DNA of 64,000 nucleotides from Octopus vulgaris (lineage: Eukaryota), in the NCBI GenBank assembly GCA_951406725.2, contig OX597834.1:5456001-5520000 (forward strand). The letters are read 5' to 3'. This document shows, in pieces, positions 52,779 through 64,000 of the stretch (positions are counted from its first letter, which is position 1; each line of letters starts with the position of its first letter). The position numbers and the translations under genes are program-made. The notes under the pieces were generated by a model, which saw nothing but the letters and a program-made list of their open reading frames with translations, did not search any database and was not told the origin of the DNA.

Positions 52779-52861
52779 TAATCTTAATGTACATGTGATC
52801 TTTTGTTATTTTCCCCTCCATACCGTCCATAAAGATGGACGATATGCCGTTAAACATTTTG

Positions 52862-53433
52862 CTCGGCGCGGTAACGATTCTTATTTCTTTATTGCCCACA
52901 AGGGGCTAATCATAGAAGGGACAAACAAGAACAGACAAAGGGATTAAGTCGATTACATCGACCCCAGTGCGTAACTGGTACTTAATTTATCGACCCCGAA
53001 AGGATGAAAGGCAAAGGCGACCTCGGCGCGGTAACGATTCTTATTTCTTTATTACCCACAAGGGGCTAAACATAGAAAGTACAAACAAGGACAGACAAAG
53101 GGATTAAGTCGATTACATCGACCCCAGTGCGTAACTGGTACTTAATTTATCGACCCCGAAAGGATGAAAGGCAAAGGCGACCTCGGCGCGGTAACGATTC
53201 TTATTTCTTTATTACCCACAAGGGGCTAAACATAGAAAGTACAAACAAGGACAGACAAAGGGATTAAGTCGATTACATCGACCCCAGTGCGTAACTGGTA
53301 CTTAATTTATCGACCCTGAAAGGATGAAAGGCAAAGTCGACCTCGGCGGAATTTGAACTCAGAACGTAAAGGCAGATGAAATACCGCTAAGAATTCCGCC
53401 CGGCGTGCTAACGCTTCTGCCAGCTCGCCGCCT
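52862..53433 (-). mobile_element. Family B SINE with three 160-bp tandem units
   Basis: CTCGGCG recurs at 52862, 53022, 53182 and 53342. Confidence 0.92.
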
Positions 53434-54225
53434 TATCCACTTTCTATATTAAGACGCATATATCTAGGCACGGAATAGGGAAATCAATTTGTTAAAGTCA
53501 TTGCATAAAGGGATTGCGAGAAATTATATTGCCCAACGTAAACATTATCCCGCAATGTTTAAATAGAAGAAAATAATATTAATCAGCTTTGGTTGTATTC
53601 TAAATGTCGAATGCATAAGGAACGAAAAAACATTTAAACATCGTTAGGCCAAGACGAATCGTAATGGGTAACGCCTGGAAGAAATTTTGAAAGTATATGG
53701 AATAAATAGAAAAGAAGAAAATAGTAGAAGATAAAAAATGTCAGGAGGCGAGAGAAAGACTTCTTTCGTGCACTATTTTAACTGTACCTCACTGTGAAAC
53801 AATGAGTCATATAGGCACCGTAGAAAACTTTTAGAATTTGTTAAGGAAAAAGTTACTTTCAAAATATTGATAAGGAATGTGTCGAAGTTATCAAAACATT
53901 TTTAGCGAACAAACGGGAAGATAATTCGGAAATAAAATTGTCTGTCACCAATCCTGCCAAAAGTCTAAGATATGCAAATTTGACTTGGCAGAGAATTTAT
54001 TTTGAAGCAAATTTAGGAAATTTTAAAGGAAGAGCAAGGTTTACTCACTACACTACATATTGCCTGAAGAATTTCAAATGATATGGTAATATAGAGCGTC
54101 TATAATCTATGAATGAATCAGAACCATTTGCCAACATCATCATAAGATATGAGGGTGATAAAAGCCCCGAAGTATTCAGAGGAAAACCATTTATCGAAGC
54201 CAGTAATTTATTTTGAATCTAAACT

Positions 54226-54266
<41 letters not shown>

Positions 54267-54376
54267 TAGATAGATAAAGTTAATCCGAACAAGAAAGCAC
54301 AAAAAAACACAGCAACGCGAGGACGTGGAACAAATAAAGTATTATTGGACGCTCAGGAAAGAAGGAAAGAAGGAGG

Positions 54377-54411
54377 GTTTAACGTTTCGAGCGGAGCTTT
54401 TCGTCGGAAAC
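54377..54411 (-). ncRNA. Minimal hammerhead-like motif with variant core CCGACGA
   Basis: Minus strand: GUUU-CCGACGA-A-AAGC-UCC-GCUC-GAAAC-GUU-AAAC. Confidence 0.6.
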
Positions 54412-54693
54412 ATAGGAGAAGGAAAGATCCAGAGAAGGGAAGACAGAGGAAAAAATTCGCCAACGGTACACACGAGGTCACATTTAGATACATACATACA
54501 TACATACATACATACATACCTTGGAAATATAGCCTGTCTATATCTCCGTTGATGTTGAAGCTTCCTGTAACACAGCATCTATCACACTGAGTTCTTGTAC
54601 TGGCCAATTCAGGTTAAGTGGAGGTGTGAGGACGGCACAGTGAAGTTGTGAACGATATTATTGTTGTAAGCTGATAGTTTTGAAGACCTTATT

Positions 54694-55132
<439 letters not shown>

Positions 55133-55300
55133 TATATATATATATAAATTTAATAAAAGAAAATGAAGAAGAAAATATATAGTGGATACTTGGTTAAATT
55201 TATTAGTATCGCAATGAAAAAGTAATAGAAATAACATTCAGGATAGGGGACCTGATCAACAAAAGAAATAAACAGGTTAAGAAGTAACCAAAAGAAAAAA

Positions 55301-55404
55301 AATCCTACATATGTTTCAATCCGGCTTTAATTTTGAATTATCAACATTCAAATTATTTTAGAAGTAAAAATAGGGCCGTATTTATTCGGATATTTTCAGG
55401 GATT
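55301..55404 (-). ncRNA. Degenerate type I hammerhead motif (G8A)
   Basis: Minus strand: AAUCC-CUGAAAA-U-AUCCG...CGGAU-U-GAAAC-AUAU-GUA-GGAUU. Confidence 0.6.
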
Positions 55405-55779
55405 GATGTGTACCTTCAGGTGTTGAAAACGAAATAAACTAAATTAAGGACCGTATTTTCAAATATTCAAACGTAAACGATAATTTTATTAGGACACGGA
55501 GTTCATGTGAGGAGATATTATACATTGAAATTTTGCTAAAATACGATTTTTACATATACATAAATATAATCATAGAAATGTTTTAATCATTATTTTCATA
55601 TAGAGCCAAATTAATGCAAGTTATGGGAAGTAATAAAAGTCGATGAAATATCAAAATACAAGGTAAAATTACAAACTATCGACCTGTATTGTTTTTATAT
55701 CCAGCTTTCATTAACTTTATACGAAAAACATTTTAAAAAATACATATTAGAAAATGCTTTAACCAGACTACCTTTATAA

Positions 55780-55830
55780 ATGTGTGTGTGTGTTTGTGTG
55801 CTGAATATATATATGTATATATATACATAC

Positions 55831-55883
<53 letters not shown>

Positions 55884-55926
55884 TATATATATGTATATAT
55901 ATATGTGTGTATATATATGTATGTAC

Positions 55927-55970
<44 letters not shown>
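55780..55970. repeat. (TA)n-rich microsatellite
   Basis: Visible directly. Confidence 0.95.
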
Positions 55971-55975
<5 letters not shown>

Positions 55976-56874
55976 CTATATTTGTGTCATTTAGTATGAT
56001 TGTAAAGTCAGATAAAATAAGTTTTTGACAGATGGAGAAGACAGAGAAAACGAGAGAAATACGCAAAAATTATAAAGACATTTCGGTTCTGATGAAGAAT
56101 AAATGAAAATACTTCAGATGTTACAATTATGATATTATCTTTACTTTCTACAATAATCATTAAAACAATTGGGCGAGAGAAGCAGGTGTCATTTCATAAA
56201 ACAAATAAGATACTTCAATTAAAATAATGATTGGACACATATTGATATCATTCGCCAAAGTAGAAAATAAAATGTCTCAATATTTGTGAAAACATCTATA
56301 TAATTATATTTCTCTTCACTTTAAAGATTATAGTTTCGTCTGATGCACTTGCAGCTATTGTTTGTTTGGTTGTTTTTTCATAACATTTAAGTTAGCGTTT
56401 TTGGCTGCATCTTTCCAGGGACCTATCGCCGGTTTTCTATTATTTCATAAAGCGTGAGCGAAAAGAGAGTGCCCTGGGGTCGATTTGTTCGACTAAAACC
56501 CTTCAAGGCGGTGCTCCAGCATGGCCACAATCAAATGACTGAAACAAATAAAAGAATAAAAGAATGTTTATTCCATCCACCGATATAAATTTGGTAAGGT
56601 TAGTCACACTTTCACATACACTCAAGCGTATTGTTTCTACTTTAAGCACAAAGGCTGCAATTTTGAATGGGGAAGGCTAGCTGTGATCATCGACACCTGG
56701 ACTTGTCAGATAATCTAGTGTATCAACCCTGGAATATGAGGTGCAAAATTTGATCTCGATGGGTTTTGAAATTAGAAAATAAAGAAACGGAAGACATACT
56801 ACAAGAGTTTTTGGCAGGTGCTCAAACAATTCTACCAACCCACGATTCTTTATAAACACACCCATACATACACT

Positions 56875-57292
56875 TTTTACTCTTTTACTCTTTCACTTGT
56901 TTCAATCATTTGACTGCGGCCATGCTGGAGCACCGCCTTTAGACGAGCAAATCGACCTCGGCACTTATTCTTTGTAAGCCCAGTACTTATTCTATCGGTC
57001 TCTTTTACCGAACTGCTAAGTTACGGGGACGTAAACACACCAGCATCCGTTGTCAAGCAATGCTAGGGGGACAAACACAGACACACAAACATATACACAC
57101 ACATACATATATATACATACATATATACGACAGGCTTCTTTCAGTTTCCGTCTACCAAATCCACTCACAAGGCATTGGTCGGCCCGATGCTATAGTAGAA
57201 GACACTTGCCCAAGATGCCACGCAGTGGGACTGAACCCGGAACCATGTGGTTGGTAAGCAAGCTACTTACCACACAGCCACTCCTGCGCCTA
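56875..57292 (-). mobile_element. SINE family A
   Basis: Full-length reverse complement. Confidence 0.9.
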
Positions 57293-57949
57293 TAGTTATG
57301 TATAGATATGTATACTTGTATGAATGTACGCTCATACCGAATTTCATTCACAAGGCCATGGTGGAAGACATTTGTACAAGTCGCCAAAGAGAGGACCAAA
57401 TCTGGAATAACAGGCTAAGAAAATTGTATCGTGTGTTCTTGAGCAAGGTACTTTATTTCACGTTACTCCAATTCACTCAGCTGTAGAAATGAGTTGCGAC
57501 GTCACTGGTGCCAAGCTGTATCGGCCCCCTTTGCCTTTCCTTTGGACATCAAGAGTGGCGTGGTGAGGGGATACTGCTGACCTTCTACAAACAGCCTTGC
57601 CCAGACTTGTGCCTCGGAGAGGAACTGTCTTGGTGCAATCCCATGGTCATTCATGACCGAAAGGGGTCTTAACCCTATCCAAATGTCAAATTTAGAATTT
57701 TAATTTACAATTAGAAAACAGATTCGTTGCAGCAATGAACGAAATACATTCTGGTATTTCATTATTTTTCATTAGGGTCTGTGTTAAATTAAATTATCCA
57801 TGAAACTCTGCAGTCAATATAATTTATAATTGACCATTCCTTTCCACAAAATATGAGAACTCGTGCTTGTGTTAGAAATTAATTTTACACTTCAGTCACT
57901 GTGGAGAATTATACTAGTTTTGTGTCTCTACTTAGAGGTTGTTGGATTG

Positions 57950-58700
57950 CTGCGTATGAAAACTAAAAGTTCTTATTGACAGACAACACTTGGCAATAAC
58001 TGAATATAAACTGTCATTCTATTCATGGCACCTATTGTATCATTCACCTCAGACGTGCTCTCTCTGTGTTTGGAAAATTGGTAATTCGAAATGTAACTTA
58101 TAAAGTTCTTGGAGATAACTTAACAATGCGTAGCATGACAGATGTACTTGTAAGGTTTAGGTGTGCCAACATTGCAAATGATTTGAAAAACGCTAAATTT
58201 TACTATGATGCCATTATTTCATCATTCCAATTGTTGAAGATATCCAATAGACGATTTAATTTCACCATTCACTTGGACAAGACTTTGTGTGTTGGGAAAG
58301 CTAAATCTAATCTGTAGTTTTAAGTTCACCTCACAATTAGTTTCAAAAGAAGAAGGCAATTAGACATTAAAAAAGCACAACTGCATTCTCCAATCCTCGA
58401 AGAAGTTAAAGACAATATTTACCATGGTGCCCGTCTTTAGACATATTCATCCAAAATACTTCACTGACAGCAGTATCGATCTGTTTTCATATGTTTAAAA
58501 AAATATAAGAAGCTACTGAAGAAAACTATAAGAACATAATTCTGGACCAATGCACACGATTCAAGGAGGACAAGGAGTTATACTTTAGAATTCCCTAATT
58601 TATCAGAACCATAATGGAAATAAATACCGGGTAGCAGCCTTTGTTGCTTTGATCTGAGAAAGCAATGACCTGGCAGTGAAATGAAATGGAATGTTATTGC
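57950..58700 (+). pseudogene. Possible highly decayed hAT-like transposase fragment
   Basis: FNFTIHLDKT resembles the F(S/A)IQLDES(T) hAT motif; multiple stops; weak. Confidence 0.25.
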
Positions 58701-59075
58701 AGGCAAATAAAATATTCAACTGATTATAGTGTTTATCAACTTTGGTAGAAGCCTCTTACTTTTGTTATTAATTTTTCAAAGCATAATCTTCTAAGATCTT
58801 TTATGTTGGTACTTAGAGAACGAGACGGCGAAGGGAGGGCAGAGAGAGATAAGGAGTAAACGAGAGAGAGAGAGAGGGATGGAAGGGGTTAAGAGCATGA
58901 GGAGGAAAAGAGAGGGGGTAAAAGGAGAGTAGAGAGATAGATAAAAACATTTTGCCCCCTTCTCCAAACAAGGAGGTTGAAAAAGTAATTCATGATAAAC
59001 TTCACTTAATCCTGAAAGCCTAATTTAGAAGTTTACCATTATACTACTTCTTTCATCATTTCCCGACCTCCACTC

Positions 59076-59208
59076 TCTTCTTCTTCTTCTTCTTCTTCTT
59101 CTTCTTCTTCTTCTTCTTCTTCTTCTTCTCCTTCTCCTTCTCCTTCTTCTCCTTCTCCTTCTTCTCCTTCTCCTTCTCCTTCTCATTATTATTATTATTA
59201 TTATTATC

Positions 59209-59266
<58 letters not shown>

Positions 59267-59386
59267 GTAGTAGTAGTAGTAGTAGTAGTATAATCATCAT
59301 CATCCTCATCTTCAAGTTCGCTATTATTATTGTTGTTGTTGTTATTATTATTATTATTATCATCATCATCATTATTATTATTATTA

Positions 59387-59450
<64 letters not shown>

Positions 59451-59488
59451 CATCATTATTGTTGTTGTTGTTGTTGATATTATTATCA
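59076..59488. repeat. Compound trinucleotide microsatellite (CTT, CTTCTC, ATT, AGT, ATC, GTT)
   Basis: Visible directly. Confidence 0.95.
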
Positions 59489-60643
59489 TGTCTTTCCATT
59501 TCTAATACGTCTTCCGGATCATGGTTTATTTAATTCTTTCCCGGCATTTTGTTCTTTTCGTGAGCAACAATAACATTTGATCTCATCAAGAAACAACATA
59601 AATAACTAAATGAATGGATGAATAATTAGAAAATAAAATGTAAACATGCACAAAAATAATCAGGAAAAAATTCCTGTTTGGAGCATAAGACTAAGAATAT
59701 CGTTGATGGCTGATTCGACTGGATATTGGAGCAGTAAGCAAAGATTTCATGCCTTCTAACTAGTTGCATCTGCTTTTCTTCTTTGTGTCTTTCACAAAGC
59801 CGCTAAACCTTTAAACAGCTCACTAGTATAACTGTAAACATCTACATGGCACGAGGACAAACCTCCCTAGCAATCAATTTATAAACGCTTGCCAGCTTGA
59901 AAATTTAAATTGAAATGTTTTCATACACGTGTCGCATTGATTGATGTCTTGTAAACGACTTGCACATGCAAGTGCTACCAGTCAAAAGCTCCGTATACCG
60001 GAAGCCAATAAGTGTATGGGGTCATCAGGCGAGAATGCGCGCCGTTTCGGGGCCTACCTCTCGACAGCATCAATGCTCACCTGTCCCCCTCACTGATATG
60101 AAGCCCCGCTGGCTAGATCAGCTGGTTATTAAGTTAAGCTCAATATCCTTCTAGCCATCGCTCATCGTCTCTTTTTCACCAAATCCAGTGGCTAGCCTTC
60201 TCCACTGTAGATTGGATATCGGTCATGGTGGTATTGTCTTTAAGATGAGTTAGGCCTAGCGAAAACAACAGTCGTCTCACACTGTGTCCAACGAACCCTC
60301 GATTGGAAAATGTTCCGCTTTCCAGCCTACGTCTTCATATTCCTCGAGGAGGTTTATATAACGGTTCAATTTTCATACTAAGTGGGCAACTGAATAAGTT
60401 GAATTCAGTGGGGCCATACATGTATAAACATTGCTGAAAGCGTTTAATGATGTCAAATAAAAACAAAAGGCATCAGCTCAGATTATTGGACGTTATTTCT
60501 TTAGTAGAGTAAATGAGCCGACAAATACGAGAACCAAGTAAACTGACAACCGAAATAGGCAAAGCGATGAGAGAGCGAATAGTCTAACACAGTAAATTCC
60601 GCGAACATGCTTCACATCTATTAGAATTCCTCAGCATGGTACC

Positions 60644-61426
60644 GATTTCTTTATTATCCACAAGGGGCTAAACACAGAGGGGACAAACAAGGACAGACAA
60701 ACGGATTAAGTCGATTATATCGACCACAGTTCGTAACTGGTACTTATTTAATCGACCCCCCGAGAGGATGAAAGGCAAAGTCGACCTCGGCGGAATTTGA
60801 ACTCAGAACGTAAAGGCAGACGAAATACCTATTTCTTTACTACCCACATGGGGCTAAACACAGAGAGGACAAACAAGGACAGACAAACGGATTAAGTCGA
60901 TTATATAGACCCCAGTGCGTAACTGGTACTTAGTTAATCGACCCCCAAATGATGAAAGGCAAAGTCGACCTCGGCGGAATTTGAACTCAGAACGTAGCGG
61001 CAGACGAAATACCTATTTCTTTACTACCCACAAGGGGCTAAACACAGAGAGGACAAACAAGGACAGGCAAACGGATTAAGTTGATTATATCGACCCCTGT
61101 GCGTAACTGGTACTTATTTAATCGACCCCCGAGTGGATGAAAGGCAAAGTCGACCTTGGCGGAATTTGAACTCAGAACGTAGCAGCAGACGAAATACCTA
61201 TTTCTTTACTACCCACAAGGGCTAAACACAGAGGGGACAAACAAGGACAGACAAACGGATTAAGTCGATTACATCGACTCCTGTGCGTAACTGGTACTTA
61301 ATTTATCGACCCCGAAAGGATGAAAGGCAAAGTCGACCTCGGCGGAATTTGAACTCAGAACGTAACGGCAGACGAAATACCGCTAAGCGTTCCGCCCGGT
61401 GTGCTAACGTTTCTGCCAGCTCACCG
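60644..61426 (-). mobile_element. Family B SINE tetramer (one head, four ~185-bp bodies) with 15-bp TSD
   Basis: Unit starts at 60645, 60831, 61015 and 61200; TSD CCTCAGCATG(G/T)TACC at 60629-60643 and 61427-61441. Confidence 0.93.
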
Positions 61427-61499
61427 CCTCAGCATGTTACCAGGGGAGAACGAGCTATATCAGAATGGTTTTCAGCGATACATTACAATGCATATATTC

Positions 61500-61925
61500 T
61501 TTTATCCCTTTATTCTTTTACTTGTTTCAGCCATTAGCCTGCGGCCATGCTGGGGTACCACTTTGCTGAATTTTAGTTCAGTAAATCTATCCCAGTTTTT
61601 ATTCTTTTTACAACTTGGTACTGATTCTATCAATCCCTTTTGCTGATCCGCTAAGTTACGAGGACGGAAACGCACCAATACCAGCTGTTAAGTGGCGAGA
61701 TTCATACACACATAAAGACGCACAAAGACACACAGACACACAGACACACAGACACACACATATATACACATACATAGGACGGGCTTCTTTCAGTTTCCGT
61801 CTACCGAATCCATTCACGAGACTTTGGAGGCTATACTAGAAAACACTTACCCAAGGTGGTGTGCTGTGGGACTGAACTCGTAACCATGTGGTTGGGAAGT
61901 AAACTTCTTACTACACAGTTACGCC
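61500..61925 (-). mobile_element. Diverged SINE family A
   Basis: Recognisable reverse complement. Confidence 0.75.
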
Positions 61926-62040
61926 GGATCATTTACTTGTTTCAGTCACTAGACTGCGGCCATACCGGAGCACCACCTTGAAGAATTTTAGTCTAATAAA
62001 TCGACTCCCAGTATCTATTTCTTAAGGCCAAGTCTATCAG

Positions 62041-62094
<54 letters not shown>

Positions 62095-62183
62095 GGAAAG
62101 TTTACGAAAATAAACAAAAGACGAAGGCAGGTGGAGTACAAACAAACAAATGTATTAGTATAGCACTCAGGAATAGAAAAAGT

Positions 62184-62219
62184 CTTTTACGTTTCGAGCC
62201 TACGCTCTTCTACAGAAAG
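62184..62219 (-). ncRNA. Second copy of the CUGUAGA hammerhead-like motif, within module 62092-62378
   Basis: Minus strand: CUUU-CUGUAGA-A-GAGC-GUAG-GCUC-GAAAC-GUA-AAAG. Confidence 0.6.
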
Positions 62220-62409
62220 GGACACAGAATAAAACAAGGAGAGAAAAAAAGGAGAGAAAAAAATGCGTGTAGGAGCTAACGATCTATCATGACGTCCTGA
62301 CTTCGGACAGTGGTCAGACGCGAGAGGGACAGTAGGGGAGATAACAGGGTCAAGTGACTTCCAATACGAAGGTGCTCCCATATATACGTGTGTGTGTGTA
62401 TGTTTGTGT

Positions 62410-62454
<45 letters not shown>

Positions 62455-62459
<5 letters not shown>

Positions 62460-62620
62460 GTGTGTTTACGTCCCCGTAACTTAGCGGCTCGCAAAAGCAA
62501 CCGATAGAATAAGTACCAAGCTTAAGAAAATTAACTACTAGGGTCGATTCATTCGATTAAATAATTCTTTAAGACGGTACCCCAGCATGGCCGCAATCTA
62601 AAGACTGACATACATTAAAG
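62455..62620 (+). mobile_element. 3' half of a diverged family A SINE
   Basis: GTGTTTACGTCCCCGTAACTTAGCGG...CCAGCATGGCCGC. Confidence 0.75.
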
Positions 62621-63265
62621 AAAAATGAATATCTCAGTCGATCGCAGCAGAATCAACGAAGATAGAGCAGAATTTGCTTCTGTGGAATGTCCACCATATA
62701 TCTGCACCATTATGAATAATATTGCGTTCTTCGATCATAGTCTATGAATGAAAAAGCAGCTCCATCCGGTTTGGCACAAGAATTCAAGACTTTGGGATTA
62801 CGTCTAAACTTTGAAGGGGAAAAGTCTTCGTCAACATCCTGTTGGTTACTAATGAGAGACTACGTTTTCAGACGCTAGTGTAGTAGGTCTTCCTGGGAGA
62901 ATTCTATAGCAAACGGCATTTTAGCATTTCTAGCTCTCTGTATTTTTCTGAGTGTTTTCTCTAAGTCAGTATTTATTTTAATTTGTTTGACGTGATGGGT
63001 TGTTGTTTGCCCATACGTCCGTAACGGGGTTCTTACATAACTGTCAAGGCATCCTTATATAGAGTAAAAGAATGAGTCAGCGTGTGATTGATAGGTTGTA
63101 CTTAATTGCAACCCATTTCATTTCATGTAGATCCACGTTGTGAAATTGTTGCGCTGGAATCAAAGTTCCGGATCAGGTTCTGACAAATAGCGCTAGCCGG
63201 AATATGTGTGTGTGTGTTTTCGTAATCAGAACAGTGAATATCGAATAATAGCATCTAAATAACAC

Positions 63266-63324
<59 letters not shown>

Positions 63325-63650
63325 CACAATACACAAACACTCACACACGCAAACACATGTATGTATATGTATATGTCATTTTTATAATTTTGCTCGCTTC
63401 ACTCATTGGACTGCAGTCATGTTGTGTAAACCGTTCATTGGTTGAAGCGATCTTTTTGACCCAAGTTATCATTTTCATATTTGTTACATATTTGAACCTT
63501 CTCTACTTATCGAAGCACAATAAACAACGAAACACACGCATATACGGACAGGTACTGACGCACAACTACCGTATCCATACACACGTACCCAGTACTCGTA
63601 CAAGAAAACAAACACATATGCGTGTATTTATATTACTATATATATGTCTG

Positions 63651-63776
<126 letters not shown>

Positions 63777-64000
63777 GGGCATATCTTAATAAAATAAATC
63801 GGTGCTTAAGAAAATATCACTTCATTTATTAACGGTATCTATAGCGCAGCTTAAAAATATATATTACTAATATAAGAGAAATGTTTGCTTTCTTTAGTAT
63901 AAGTGTCATTTTGGTAGAAGGGGAAAGAATACAAACACAAACACTTGAGTGTTTTCAAAGACTAAAGAAAATTTTTAAATAACAACATTTTCTGATTAGT

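Noticed and set aside
56089-56115. CTGATGA...GAAA
   Set aside because: No supporting stems.
59025-59533. Poly-I/R/N/K/L ORFs
   Set aside because: Compound trinucleotide microsatellite.
60645-61426. CRISPR-like regular repeats
   Set aside because: The units are contiguous SINE bodies with no unique spacers, the context is eukaryotic, and there are no cas genes.

Overview
AT-rich, repeat-dominated eukaryotic DNA with no confidently identifiable host gene. The SINE repertoire and microsatellite load suggest an octopus or other coleoid genome (inference from pattern recognition). Contents: dozens of tRNA-derived SINEs in three main families (labelled A, B and C here), a degenerate L1/Tx1-like LINE (CCHC ORF1 plus APE endonuclease), a 5'-truncated RTE LINE with a near-intact RT ORF and TSD, Penelope-like (PLE) GIY-YIG remnants, three Helitron pieces, a TTAGGG-containing MITE, several long foldbacks and many microsatellites. 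Two signals stand out. (1) About ten type I hammerhead ribozyme motifs of several sequence types. One lies directly downstream of a PLE GIY-YIG ORF, most sit in short modules whose 3' end abuts a (TA)n-type run, and some have non-canonical cores (CUGUAGA twice, CCGACGA once). (2) Family B SINEs that form single-head, multi-body concatemers with a recurrent identical junction, including a heteromeric tetramer inside one 15-bp TSD. All structures were folded by eye. Repeat boundaries are approximate unless a TSD is quoted. Most ORFs in the supplied track are microsatellite or SINE artefacts.
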